This document shows positions 40,850-52,131 of a stretch of DNA of 64,000 bases, piece by piece. Source of the DNA: an uncultured Acidimicrobiaceae bacterium (GTDB lineage Bacteria; Actinomycetota; Acidimicrobiia; Acidimicrobiales; Bog-793); NCBI GenBank assembly GCA_963727645.1, contig CAVSHA010000002.1, forward strand, positions 75,507 through 139,506, written 5' to 3'. The translations under genes and the position numbers were made by a program. Under the pieces are notes generated by a model that worked only from the letters and a program-made list of their open reading frames with translations, was not told the DNA's origin and ran no database searches. How positions within the stretch are numbered: the first letter of the stretch is position 1; each line of letters begins with the position of its first letter.

Positions 40850-42173
40850 GTGCGTGAGAACGTGACCATCTCCTACCGGGGAGCAAGCTACGAGATCGGA
40901 CAAGGGCCGGCCTTCTACGGGATCTGGACCGTAGGGCAGCCCTGGTCGCAGCCGCTCGAATGGTGGCCCGACACCCCCGAGGGCTGGTACGCCGCATGGT
41001 CCCGGTTCGTGGCGATGGAGCTGCCTGCGACGATCGTGCCGGTTGCCCAGCCCAGGGTGCCGACCGCCTGCCCAGCCCACCGCGCCGACCGCCCAGGCAG
41101 CCGAACAGGTCGCCGGCGCGGGCAGGTGGGCCGTCGCCGCCGCAGCGTTCCTTGCTATCGGCGTCGCCTGCGGGATCGCCGGGCTGTTCCCTGACTACCT
41201 GAACAATACGAGCCTGGTACGCCAGCCGGACGAGCTGGTACCTCATGCGATCTACTTCGCCGTTTGGAGCGCGAGCGCTCTGCTCATCCTGCTCGGCGGC
41301 CGCCGTCAACGAGCGGGAGCGCTCCTCGGGATGGGAACGAGCATCGTCACCTTCGGACTTTTCTTCGCGGACTCGGGCACGGCGATCGCCGGAGGCGCAC
41401 ACCTCATGGGCGTCGGCCTCGTGCTTGGGCTGGTTGGCTGGTTGGCTTGTTCCGCCGGCTCCACGGTCGCTTTCGCGCTCAGGCGCGAGGGGGTTGGGTT
41501 CGGTCGGCCGCGCGGCTCCGAGCTGGTTCCTTTCCTGACGTTCTCACTCGCCGCACTCGGCGTGGCGGCCGCGTTCGCCCCTTCCTGGGACAGCTACGTC
41601 CTGCAGACCTCCGCCGGTACGACCGAGTCGCTCACTGCGGGCAATGTCTTCTCGAACCCAGCGCCGGTGATCGCCGGGAATGTCGCCGTGATGGTCGCGT
41701 TCGTCGCAGTTGTCGTCGCCGCCGCCCTCTGGCGTCCGCTCCTCCACGGGGGCGTGTTGCTTGCCGGAGCCGTCATACCGATGGCGGCTCAGGCGGTCTC
41801 GGCGATCATCCAGATCGGCGAGCACACCTCCCCGACAATGTTCGGCATCTCGTCGTCGGCCGCCGCGCAGTCGGGACTGACGATCACCTCGGGTCTCACG
41901 CTGGCCTTCTGGATCTACTGTGCCTTCGTCGTCGTGCTAATAGTGGTGGGAGCCTCAGCGGTCGGTGCAACGCGTCCCCTCGAGCCAACCGGCTCCCCGC
42001 AAGCCCCGAGTGCTCAGGTGACCGGTCACTACTCCCCCACGATCCCCACCGTGCCGCCCGGAACTTCGCCGGTCGGACCGGAGCCGAAGACCGCGAGCCC
42101 AAACGCCCCCTCGGTCACGACGACAGGTCCGGGGCTCCCAGGAGGCGACCGTGGAGCGGGATCGTCGGATTAG
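40850..42173 (+). CDS. Hypothetical multi-pass membrane protein with an apparent +1 frameshift at ~41069
   Basis: N-terminus VRENVTISYRG..WPDTPEGWYAAW (RBS GAGGAAGG) joins the 41043 ORF if one base is removed. Confidence 0.6.
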
Positions 42174-42414
42174 GTTCGCCTTGCACCAGCCCATCCCGGG
42201 GCGCCTCAGCATTTAGGAACGGTTCATCGTGGCCGATGCGGGCTTCATGACCTCGATGCCGGGGGTCCTCCCCGCCAACGGTGTGCGCTCGGAGCCGCTG
42301 TCAAAGGCCTCCGGGAGAACCGACGCGGACAAAGGCGTGCCGGGCGCGTGAAGACAAGGCGAGCTACGCGGGCAGCGACCCGAGATGGCTTCTACTTGCG
42401 CTCTTGTCCGGGGG

Positions 42415-43146
42415 TCAGGAAGGACCCAGGAGCGACTCGATAATGCGGAGGAACCATTCCGAGATCAGGATGACCGCCACCCCGTCCACGTCGATGCGAT
42501 ACGTCCGGGCGAACAGGTAATCCTCGGGCACCTGCGAATCGCAAAGCACCAACGCGCGGCCCGGGTCAAGACCGGGAAGCTCAGAGCGGGTGAAGGCGAT
42601 CCCGTCCTTGCAAAGGATCCGCCCGATCGGGTCATCGCCGGTCTCGAGCTGCCGGCAGAAACCAGCAGGAAGGCGACTTGGGTCGAGCAGGCTCTCGACG
42701 TGCGCGTACGGCTGCATCGACCTTCTTCCCTGCAGGACCGCTGAGCGTTGCAGCAAAGGGCGTCCCCCTTCGACACCCAGGAAGTTCGGCACGCCTGCCT
42801 CGATCATCGCGTGGTGCCGCTCGTGCGCATCGACAGGCTCTCCCGCGAGCTGTTCCAGGAACGCAGTCACCGTCGTGCCGCTTTGAGAGAACGCTGACTC
42901 CAAACACGACCGCAGGGTCACGACACCATTGAACCTCATCGGCGCGTCGGTGGTGACGGTCGTCCTCGCGATCGCCGGTAACGACCCACGCGCGGAATCG
43001 ACGTTCTCGCCAGTGACCACGCGGCACGATCGTCGCACGATTTCGGGTCCGCGCGCCAGGGCGCGATCCTCAACGCGCGTTCTGGGGAGCAGGGGCCTCC
43101 GGTCGGCGGCAAGCGGGGCGGAGGCGGGGGTGGCCGGACCCGTCAC
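42415..43146 (-). CDS. Chorismate pyruvate-lyase-like (DUF98/UbiC fold) protein
   Basis: TVTAFLEQLAGEPV, RSAVLQG, ESLL..RLP, DPIGRIL, ARTYRI, ISEWF. Start uncertain. Confidence 0.7.
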   Translation of the reverse strand: MTGPATPASAPLAADRRPLLPRTRVEDRALARGPEIVRRSCRVVTGENVDSARGSLPAIARTTVTTDAPMRFNGVVTLRSCLESAFSQSGTTVTAFLEQLAGEPVDAHERHHAMIEAGVPNFLGVEGGRPLLQRSAVLQGRRSMQPYAHVESLLDPSRLPAGFCRQLETGDDPIGRILCKDGIAFTRSELPGLDPGRALVLCDSQVPEDYLFARTYRIDVDGVAVILISEWFLRIIESLLGPS

Positions 43147-43177
43147 GCTATCGCGGCTACCCGCATAGGTGGGCCCG

Positions 43178-43215
43178 TGCTAGCGGCGACCCGGCCTGCT
43201 AGCGGCGACCCGGCC
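43178..43215. repeat. 19-bp tandem duplication TGCTAGCGGCGACCCGGCC x2 in a divergent intergenic region
   Basis: Two exact adjacent copies, followed by a partial third (TGCTCGCGG). Confidence 0.85.
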
Positions 43216-43318
43216 TGCTCGCGGGCAAGCCCGTTGCTCTCCCCGAGAATGCCGGTGCTCTGGCAAGGATGCTCCACGAACCGGCAGGCATTAGCATCGA
43301 TCCCGAGCAGGAGCCGCG

Positions 43319-45046
43319 ATGATCAACAGCGGGTCGGGTCGACGCAGGTCACAGCAGGGCAAATTGCAGCGCCAGCTCGAGCTCACCTGCATGGGCAGCC
43401 TGTTGAAGAGCACCGAGATGTGCCTGTATTTCAAGGACCTGAAGAGCCGGTACCTCCTGGTGAGCGCAGGCTGGATCGCCGCGGTCGCTCCGGAGCGCAC
43501 CGCGGAGGAGATAGTCGGCAAGACTGACTTCGACTTCTTCAGTGAGCAACACGCCACGGCCGCCTTCGAGGACGAGCAGAGGATCATCGGCACGGGCTGG
43601 CCGATCGTGGGGAAATTGCGACGGGAGACCTTCGACGACCGACCCGACAGCGTGGTCTTGTCCACGAAGATGCCGCTCAGGAATGGGCGCGGCCAGATCA
43701 TCGGCACCTTCGGCTTCTTCCGCGACATGACGGCGCAGATCAGGGCAGAGAGCGTCCTGGCCTACCAGGTCCTGCACGATCCGGTGACCGGTCTGGCGAA
43801 CCGGGCCGCCCTGATGGACAGGCTCTCCCAGGCCCTTGCCGCCCTGGAACGCGAGCCGGGTCGGCTGGCGGTCCTCTACGTCGACTTGGACCACTTCAAA
43901 GCGGTCAACGACGCGTTCGGCCACGAGGCCGGGGACCAGGTGCTCGCCGAGGTCGGCCGTAGGCTCTCGCAGCTTTCGCGCCACGTCGACACCGTCGCCC
44001 GCCTCGGCGGCGACGAGTTCGTCTTGCTGTGCGGGGCGCTGCGCGATGACGATGACGTCGGTCTCATCGGCGACCGCATCGTCCAGGAGATCCGCGCCCC
44101 CTACGCCGAGGATGGGCGCGACCTCTCCATCACCTGCAGCGTCGGGATCGTCGTCACCCGGGATCCCCTCGCCGAGCCCGAGCAGCTGATCCGCGACGCG
44201 GATGAGGCGATGTACGGGGTGAAGGACACCGGTCGGAACCACTACCTGGTCTACGACTCCACTCAGCGCGTCCCCGGCGGCACGGGCGCCCTCCGGGCCG
44301 AGCTGAGCGGAGCGATCGACGGCAAGGAGCTGTTCCTCCTCTACCAGCCGCTCTTCTCCTTGGAGGACAGATCATTGATGGGAGTCGAGGCGCTGGTGCG
44401 CTGGCGCCATCCCGAGCGCGGGATCGTGCTCCCGGACGATTTCATCCCTTTCGCGGAGCAGCACGGGCTGATCGGCAGGATCGACTCGTTCGTCCTGGAC
44501 GAGGCCTGCCGCCAGCTTGCCGAGTGGACGTCCCGCGACGGTTGGCCAACCGCTTTCACCATGGCCGTCAACGTGTCGGGTGCCGAGCTGTCGGACCCCG
44601 GGTTCGCCGGGCACGTCGCCGAGGTGATCCGTCGCCACGGCATCGCACCGGCGCAGCTCTGCCTGGAGATGACCGAGACCGCGCTCATAGGCGAGTGGGG
44701 CGATATCCAGGAGACTTTGTCGGCCCTGCCAAAGCTCGGTGTGCGCCTCGCCCTCGACGACTTCGGGACCGGCTACTCCTCGCTCGCCCACCTGCAGCGC
44801 CTGAGGGTTGACATCTTGAAGATCGACCGGAGCTTCGTGGCCCAAATCGGCCGAAGCCCCCGCGACCGCGAGATCGTCGCGGCGGTGATGGCCATGTCGC
44901 GGTCCCTCGGCACAACTGTGATCGGCGAGGGCATCGAGACGAGCCAGCAGCTCGACACGCTCGCCGATTTGGACTGCGACCAGGGTCAGGGTTTCCTCTT
45001 CGCTCACCCACTGTCAGCGGAGGCACTCGTCGCGCTAGTCGGCTGA
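43319..45046 (+). CDS. PAS-GGDEF-EAL c-di-GMP signalling protein
   Basis: YFKD..GKTDFDFF PAS; RLGGDEF; EALVRW; DDFGTGYSS. Confidence 0.93.
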   Translation: MINSGSGRRRSQQGKLQRQLELTCMGSLLKSTEMCLYFKDLKSRYLLVSAGWIAAVAPERTAEEIVGKTDFDFFSEQHATAAFEDEQRIIGTGWPIVGKLRRETFDDRPDSVVLSTKMPLRNGRGQIIGTFGFFRDMTAQIRAESVLAYQVLHDPVTGLANRAALMDRLSQALAALEREPGRLAVLYVDLDHFKAVNDAFGHEAGDQVLAEVGRRLSQLSRHVDTVARLGGDEFVLLCGALRDDDDVGLIGDRIVQEIRAPYAEDGRDLSITCSVGIVVTRDPLAEPEQLIRDADEAMYGVKDTGRNHYLVYDSTQRVPGGTGALRAELSGAIDGKELFLLYQPLFSLEDRSLMGVEALVRWRHPERGIVLPDDFIPFAEQHGLIGRIDSFVLDEACRQLAEWTSRDGWPTAFTMAVNVSGAELSDPGFAGHVAEVIRRHGIAPAQLCLEMTETALIGEWGDIQETLSALPKLGVRLALDDFGTGYSSLAHLQRLRVDILKIDRSFVAQIGRSPRDREIVAAVMAMSRSLGTTVIGEGIETSQQLDTLADLDCDQGQGFLFAHPLSAEALVALVG

Positions 45047-45228
45047 ACGCTGCTGTGTCGCGCGGCAGCCCACGAATACGCGGCTGCGGCCGGCACCCAG
45101 AGCCAAAGGGGCTTTGAGCTTGCGACAACTTGGCTCCTGGCTGTGCCGGTCCGTGCGAAGAACTGTTGCCGATGCCCGGCGATGTGGCCCAGAGTCACTT
45201 CGCCGCGGGACTCGCCCGTTACGTTGAC

Positions 45229-46356
45229 TTACGGCGCCCATGACACGGTCGCGGCGGTGGTCACGGACGCGAGCGGTCTTCCGCTCACCGTCAACGGCCC
45301 GGCGGCGACTTCTTCCAATGTGGGAGCCTCTGTCCCACCCAGCTTGATGTGCCCGGGCTGGTAGGCGAGAACGCCGCCTGCCGCAGTAGCCACCAACGCG
45401 CCGCTCCTCTCACCGGTCAGTACTCCCCGGCCGGACACCCAGACCACCGTCGTGCGCATGGTGCTCGCTTGAGTGCAGTCGATCATGGTGGCATCGAGGG
45501 TGTCCTTCGGGTCGAAGACGAACGATTCCACCCGCCAACGCGGCCCGGCCGGCAGGAAGGCCTGGCTGACGGTGCCGGTCGTCTCGTTGACCACGAATAT
45601 TCGCGACACGGGTCCGACGCCACACCCGTCGGTGTGGTCGCCGAGCTCAGCGGCGAAGACCTTGCCATCGGGTGAGACGGCGGTCACCTCGTACGGAGGC
45701 CCGTTGGAGGTAGGTTTGGGCAGCGCCTGCAGCTTGGTCACCACACCGCTGAGACTTATACGCCATAGCTGGGTGCCGGTCTTGATGTCCGGCCCCATGA
45801 TGAAGCCACCCGAATAGCCAACGACGTTGTCGCTAATGGGGACGGCCACCAACCGGTGGCGCACGGGCCCGCCGACGTTGTAGGAGATGAGCGTGGACGG
45901 CGAGCCCAGATCCTCGCCCGCCAAGAGCCGCGCTACCCCGGAACTTCTCACGGACCAACCCTCTGAGTACTGGATCTGAATGGCCCACGACATGCGCCGG
46001 TGAGTGACGGTGTCGTACCAGACGATCGCTCCCCGGCCGGTGTTCGGGTTGCTCTGCTCCCAGCCGAGGTAGCGCCCGCCGGCAGACCACTGGAAGTCCG
46101 TCACGACCACCGACTTGGCCGTGCCGCTCAGGTGGATGGGCCCAATTGCTGCGGACGTGCCCTTCTCCACCAAGGTCAGCTTGCCCGAGGCGAGTACGGC
46201 GAGCCCGGGAAGCTGTCTTACAACCGACGCCTGGACTTTCTGGGCCGCACCGGTGCCCGTCGGCAGAGCGAAAACGAGCACGGCACCGACCAGGCCGGTG
46301 AGAGAACAGAAGGCTGCAATAGCCCGGCGTGAGGGGAAGAGACGTGTCCATTTCAT
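45229..46356 (-). CDS. Secreted beta-propeller-like hypothetical protein
   Basis: Signal peptide; WSAGGRYL and VSPDGKVFA (TolB/PD40-like blades). Confidence 0.6.
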   Translation of the reverse strand: MKWTRLFPSRRAIAAFCSLTGLVGAVLVFALPTGTGAAQKVQASVVRQLPGLAVLASGKLTLVEKGTSAAIGPIHLSGTAKSVVVTDFQWSAGGRYLGWEQSNPNTGRGAIVWYDTVTHRRMSWAIQIQYSEGWSVRSSGVARLLAGEDLGSPSTLISYNVGGPVRHRLVAVPISDNVVGYSGGFIMGPDIKTGTQLWRISLSGVVTKLQALPKPTSNGPPYEVTAVSPDGKVFAAELGDHTDGCGVGPVSRIFVVNETTGTVSQAFLPAGPRWRVESFVFDPKDTLDATMIDCTQASTMRTTVVWVSGRGVLTGERSGALVATAAGGVLAYQPGHIKLGGTEAPTLEEVAAGPLTVSGRPLASVTTAATVSWAP

Positions 46357-46658
46357 GCCTGCAGTCATATCAGGGCGGCGCCGCGGCATCAATGTCCAGA
46401 GTGCAGACGGGCTGCGCACACCCATGACGGCGTTGGCGAGGACCCGGACTCGCTCCTCCTGTCTACCGAGGGCGGTGATCTGCCTCCGACCACGAACCTC
46501 CTGGGCGCCGGCGCCGGGATCGCCACCAAATGGGACACGATGCGCCGGCTCGAGTGGGGATCTCTCCTCGACGACGAACATGGGCGCACGCAGGAGTCAC
46601 GATCGGCTATCGTCGCCCCCGCGCTCAGCGAGCTCCTCAGCTCTCCGGTAGGCGACGC

Positions 46659-49029
46659 TCAATGCACACCTGCGTGAGGCCTGATCGAAGGGATTATCGG
46701 TGCTAACAAGTTGAACTTGGCGCTCGTGTGCGTTGGCCCAAAATTCAGTCTCGCAGCTGGCAGCGGCTTGCACATGTACTCCCCCTGCGCAAGGTCGCAT
46801 CCGAACGATGCCAACAACGCATAGGTTTCCGCGTCCTCGACGCCCTCAGCCACCACGCGCATACCCAGCAAGTGACCGAGATCAATCGTCGCGCGAACGA
46901 CGGCCCTGCTCTTCTTGTCAGCCGTGGAGGCAAGTCGTCTGGTCAGTGCCATGTCGATCTTCAACTCGCCGACCGCCAGATCGCTCAGATAGGCCAGAGA
47001 TGAAAAGCCTGTCCCGAAGTCGTCGACCGAGACGATGAGCCCGAGACGGTCAAGCTGTTCGATTACTTCTTGAGACTTTTCCCGATCAGCCATCATGTTC
47101 GTCTCGGTGACCTCGACAACCAAGGATTCGGGCCCGAGACGGTATCGGGCAAGCAAGAAGCGAATCCGATCCGGCAGACCGTCGTCCAGAAGATTGGTGG
47201 CCGAAAGGTTCACCGAGACGTAGAGGCGACGCCCGTCCGCTCGCCAGGCCGCACACTGGGTGAGCGCGGCCTCCAGGACCAGGTCGGTCAGAGGTCGCAT
47301 AAGTCCTGCTTCTTCAGCAAGCGGGATGAACTCCGTCGGTGAGAGGACCCCGTACTCGGGGTGCGGCCAACGGATCAGCGCCTCCACACCGACACTCTTG
47401 CCGGAGCGGAGCTCGTATTGAGGTTGGAAGTACAACTGGAACGCCTTTGCGGTGATGGCATCCCTGAGCTGCTCAATGAGCCGGAGCCGGTTCTGTCCCC
47501 CGTCTGGGAGGGTTTCGTACATCCGGTACGCACATCGAGCTGCTTTGGCCCGATACATCGCAACATCCGCGCAGCGGAGCAGTTCGGTGCTCCCCCGAGC
47601 GTGTGTCGGCGCCAGCGCAATGCCAATGCTCAGCGTGACATGCAAGCTCGCGATGTCCAAGATGAAAGGCCGTTCGAGCTCAGCAGTCAACCGCTCCGCG
47701 ACTCTCCTGGCGTCGTGAGCGTCAGCGTCACCGAGAACTATGCCGAACTCATCGCCGCCTAGGCGTACCAGCACATCTGACTCCCGGAGCGCGGCTCTCA
47801 GACGCGGCCCCAGCATAAGGAGGATCTGATCGCCTACGGGATGTCCGAAGGAGTCGTTGACCTCCTTGAAGTGATCCAGATCGATCAACAACAGGGCGAG
47901 GCGCTCCTCGGCCACGGTCGCAGGTCCCCGGGAGAAGAAGTCGTCGAGCACAGCCATCAGGTGGCGACGGTTCCCCAGACCCGTCAAGTCGTCGGTCACG
48001 GATTGAAGCCGGTGCGACTCGGTGAGGATGCTCAGCTCGTGCAGGCTAAGCGTCGACCTCACTCCTGCGGTCAACACCGTTGCCGTGGCGAGCACCGAGC
48101 GCGATGCGGTCAACGTGGCCGACCGAAGCCACGAGGATCACAACGAGGCTGCCCATCACGGCAACCGCCGGTACGACGAACTGAGAGTGTGACCGTCTCG
48201 GTCGCTCCTCTGACGGCCTGGCGGGCTGCCATACGGCCAGTGAGATGAGAAGGATGGCGACTGGCCAGATAGCGCCCGGCAGGGTGCCCACCCGGTAGGA
48301 AGCGGCCGAGGACTGCAGAACATGCACGACGTCACCTGCCACGTTCAGCGCGCTCGCCAGGACGAGAAACATCCAGCGACGGTTCCGCCAGCTGACGATC
48401 GTCAAACCGCCGACCACGATCGCGACAAGTCCCAGATCGGCTATCGGATAGGCGAGGCTCGTAGCCAGCTTTGCGGGCGGGCCACTCAGCTTGCTCAAGA
48501 TCGCGTCAAACCCGAAGGCCACGGTCACCGTGGCGGCGCCGAGACCTGCCACGACGCCGTCCAACCACCGGCTGAGGGGCTGATGCTTGACTTCTCCGCG
48601 CGCCAGGACAATCAAGCCCATGCACACAAGGGGGTAAAAGGCCAGGTAGAAGAGGTCGGCCCACGACGGCGTCGATGGACTGTGACCGCCTTGAGTCTCC
48701 AAGGTCCACACCACATCGCCAAGAGACCAGGCCAGGAGGCCGCTTCCGAGGAATACGGCCACCAGCCGATCCTGCCGGTTGGCAATTGCACGCGCGAAGC
48801 ACAACCCGCTGGCGACGATCTCCAAACCGTCCATGGGCCACTTGTTGACGAATGCCCACCATCTGCCACCTGCATTGGGAACGAGCGTCACAATGACAGA
48901 GGCGAGGAACAGGACGACGAGCACGCTGAAGCCGACGGCAGCTACTGTCCCCAGACCGCGACGATCGGCACGCTTGTCGAAGGCGTGCGCGCGTTCCAGT
49001 GCGATCGCCGGCGCGACGGTCTCCACCAA
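46659..49029 (-). CDS. Membrane-sensor GGDEF-EAL protein split by an apparent frameshift at ~48090
   Basis: Multi-TM N-terminus (PSWADLFYLAFYP, LAYPIADL) overlaps an ORF with RLGGDEF, EALIRW and DDFGTGFSS. Confidence 0.85.
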
Positions 49030-49128
49030 TGGACTATCGACAGCATTCGGTCTCGGATGAAGGAGACTCTCGGTAAAGCCACTGCACCTGATCGCGTCGA
49101 ACCGCAGACCGGCGGCATCGCTCGAGAA

Positions 49129-49621
49129 TCAAGACGTGACGGGGAGGTAGACATCTGCCCGCCATCGTCTGATGGGAAGGGCAAGAAGCGCACCCGCTGC
49201 CCGCAGCGCCCAGATGAGCACCTGCTCACTGGGTTCGTCAGAGGGAACGCGCAAGATGAGCCCTCGGCGAGGATGATCCTGTTCGACAATCCAGGTCTGT
49301 GGAATTGGAACGTCGAGCAAAGGCAGCTCGGAAAAGACGCGATGGCCGGTGATGTGCGCGATACCAAGAGTCGGCTGGACGAGTCCCCGACGATTGTGGC
49401 TCCCGGGGATCCAAGTGCACATCGTGTCGCCGGTGCTGCCGCCACTGAGCAACGTGAAGAATCTGAGCGAAGTCGGCCTGTCGTCGTCATCGCTTGATCC
49501 TGGGTATCAAGTTGATCCACCCGTCCTCGGCGCTGCCCAACCGCGCCATGTACGCGACAACCTCTTTCAGCTCATCGCCGTTGAATGCCACCCGCTCGAT
49601 CTGTCGCCGCTCGCGGGGCAT
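49129..49621 (-). CDS. Hypothetical protein with an apparent +1 frameshift at ~49492
   Basis: MPRERRQIERV..DGWINLIP joins DDDRPTSL..QDHPRRGL if one A is removed. Confidence 0.5.
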
Positions 49622-49841
49622 GCCAGGAGTATCGCAGTTAGCGGAGCCCCAGAGTGCCGGTCCTGCTGAGCGTGAATCATCTGCAACAAAGTCCCAGCTC
49701 AGACCCACAGTCGCAGGGCGCGTGTCGGGCGGCTCACGTAGCGGGTCTGGGACTCGCAAGGATGATCGGTCCGAGGGATGGAGTCGGCCGTTGTATGAGT
49801 CGCCGCCCAGAGACTGCGAGATAAGCCCTGCGTGTCAGGTA

Positions 49842-50447
49842 CTAGTTATGAGACGGGAGTTCTGAACGGCGACGTCGACATGCCAAGCCCGCGATGACGA
49901 AGTACCCCGCCATCGCGATCCCCGCAACGACCTCGACTCTCCAAACTGCTGTGGACTCCCCTGGGAAAGTCCTGCCCGCGGCAGAAAGCGCGAACGGCTC
50001 CAGGCACAGGGCACCTGCCACGAGCGCTGCGCTGATCCAGGCGCGCCGAGTCCGCCAGCGTTGTCCGAGGAAGCCGTACAGGGGTCCGGTAACCAAACCT
50101 CCGATGATGTTCAGCGTGTTCGACAGGAGCAGGCCATGAGCCTCGCGGAAAGTGAAGCTCCATTGCCCTCCCTCGAACGGCCCCATGACCATGAGGAAGT
50201 AGCCAGCAAGGGCCGACATACTCGCGACAAGACCAGCTATCGCGGCTCGACTGGCGCGTAGTTGGCTGCAGCCGAAGGCGAACGGCAACACGAGCCATGG
50301 GGCAGACAGCAGACTCAAGGTTGTTGTCCAACTTCCCAGGGTGGTCATGCTGCCCAGGTACTGATCGCCTGCTCCAAAGCCGACGCCAACCAAGGCTGCG
50401 ATCAAGAGCACTGGAGGCGCGGGAAGGTGGGAACGAACATTCATCAC
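49842..50447 (-). CDS. DUF6518-like membrane protein
   Basis: FGAGDQYLGS, LSAPWLVLPFAFG, GPLYGFLG; 5-6 TM helices. Confidence 0.65.
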   Translation of the reverse strand: MMNVRSHLPAPPVLLIAALVGVGFGAGDQYLGSMTTLGSWTTTLSLLSAPWLVLPFAFGCSQLRASRAAIAGLVASMSALAGYFLMVMGPFEGGQWSFTFREAHGLLLSNTLNIIGGLVTGPLYGFLGQRWRTRRAWISAALVAGALCLEPFALSAAGRTFPGESTAVWRVEVVAGIAMAGYFVIAGLACRRRRSELPSHN

Positions 50448-50678
50448 AGCTCGCGACGGCAGTGAGTGCCCCCCCCGTTTCCCCGGTCGGCATCGTGCAA
50501 CAGCCTAACGGGGCGGCTCAGGCGCCAGCAGGGGCCCGGCGTATCCTCTAGAGCCTCCAAGAAGCTCAGGGCGGTTCAGGTGACGGCTTGAGGACGGAAG
50601 CCAGGAGTCCGGGCAGAGGCCACCCTGCTTGGCCGAAAGGGACAAGTTGACAGGATGAGTTGGACCGGAGGCGCCAGA

Positions 50679-51920
50679 ATGGGAACCGTGGATCGGGCCG
50701 CTGCTGTGACCATGGACCTTGCCGACCCTTTGGCGCCTTACCGCAGCCAGTTCACCATCGGCGGGCCGATCTACCTCGACGGCAACTCCTTGGGTCGCCC
50801 GTCTAAGTCTGTGGTCGAGGGGCTGACAGCGGCAATACACGACTGGTCCGAGAAACTGGTTGGCGGGTGGTCCCAATGGATAGACCTGCCTGCCGCAGTA
50901 GGCGACAAGGTAGGCCGGCTGATCGGCGCCGGACCCGGACAGGTCGTGGTTTGTGACAGCACAACCGTCAACCTGTACAAGCTCGCCTCGGCCTGCCTGA
51001 CCGCTCAGCCCGACCGGAGGGTTATCTTGGCCGACGCGGATGACTTCCCGACGGACCGCTACGTGCTACAGGGACTGGCGGAGACCAGCGGCCGTGAGTT
51101 GCGCCTGCTGCACGGCAGTGCAATCAACGGCCTCGACACCGAAGTCGTCGGCTCGGCAATCGACGCCGACACAGCACTCGTGTGCCTTTCACATGTCAAC
51201 TTCCGCTCAGGCGCCCGACTGGATCTTGCGGCAATCACCGAGGCAGCGCACCGCTGCGGTGCACTCGTCCTGTGGGACCTGTGCCACAGCGCCGGCGCAA
51301 TTCCGGTCGGCTTGGACGAGGCGGGAGCCGACCTTGCTGTGGGCTGCACCTACAAGTACCTGAACGGCGGCCCCGGCTCGCCCGCCTTCGCGTACGTGAG
51401 GCGTGACTTGCAGACCCAGCTGCACCAACCGGTGTGGGGTTGGTTCGGCCAGCAGGACCAGTTCGCCATGGGCCCGATCTACACCCCAACAGCCGGGATG
51501 GGGCGCTTCCTCTCGGGCACCCCGTCCGTGCTTGGTCTATTGGCCGTCGACGCCGCCGCTGAGATCGTGGAGTCAGCTGGCATCCCTGCGTTATGGGCGA
51601 AATCGCAGCAGCTCACCGCCATGCTGGTGGACCTCATCCGGAACCAGCTTGAGCCGCTCGGTGCCACCTTGGCCAGTCCGACCGATCCGGACCGGAGAGG
51701 AGCCCATGTGTCGGTCGCCCATCCCCGGGCCTGGCCGTGGTGCAAGGCTTTGATCGACCGTCGGATGGTCACCGGAGACTTCCGACCACCCGACGTGATC
51801 CGGCTCGGCCCGGCGCCCCTCTACACCCGCTTCGTGGACGTGTTCGATGCCGTCCAGCGGATGGCCAGGGTTCTCGAAGCTGGTGTGGAGGACGTGAGCG
51901 ACCGCCCGCGAGTCACCTGA
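50679..51920 (+). CDS. kynU: Kynureninase
   Basis: YLDGNSLG, DSTTVNLYK, FPTDRY, WDLCHSAG, PLP-lysine CTYKYLNGGPG, DFRPPD. Confidence 0.92.
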   Translation: MGTVDRAAAVTMDLADPLAPYRSQFTIGGPIYLDGNSLGRPSKSVVEGLTAAIHDWSEKLVGGWSQWIDLPAAVGDKVGRLIGAGPGQVVVCDSTTVNLYKLASACLTAQPDRRVILADADDFPTDRYVLQGLAETSGRELRLLHGSAINGLDTEVVGSAIDADTALVCLSHVNFRSGARLDLAAITEAAHRCGALVLWDLCHSAGAIPVGLDEAGADLAVGCTYKYLNGGPGSPAFAYVRRDLQTQLHQPVWGWFGQQDQFAMGPIYTPTAGMGRFLSGTPSVLGLLAVDAAAEIVESAGIPALWAKSQQLTAMLVDLIRNQLEPLGATLASPTDPDRRGAHVSVAHPRAWPWCKALIDRRMVTGDFRPPDVIRLGPAPLYTRFVDVFDAVQRMARVLEAGVEDVSDRPRVT

Positions 51921-52131
51921 CCGCCAAGCTTGACTCCCCCGTCGCTTGGTCAGAATCGGTGGAGCGCTCTTTCACGTCCCGTCTGACAGCAAGAAGTCTC
52001 AAGCGGTATGTCGACCGGTTACGCAGGCTACGGCAGGGGTCGTCGCGGGTCGCCGCGTCGAAAGTCGTAAGCTGCGGTGGCAAGAGATGGAATGGCCGAT
52101 TGTGCCAGAACGTCTGAGCGGCAGGTGCACG

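Noticed and set aside
49812-50510. attC-like GTTAGGC upstream of the DUF6518-like gene and a dif-like GATAA..TGTCAGGT downstream
   Set aside because: No complete attC stem and no integrase; dif arm match and spacing are poor.
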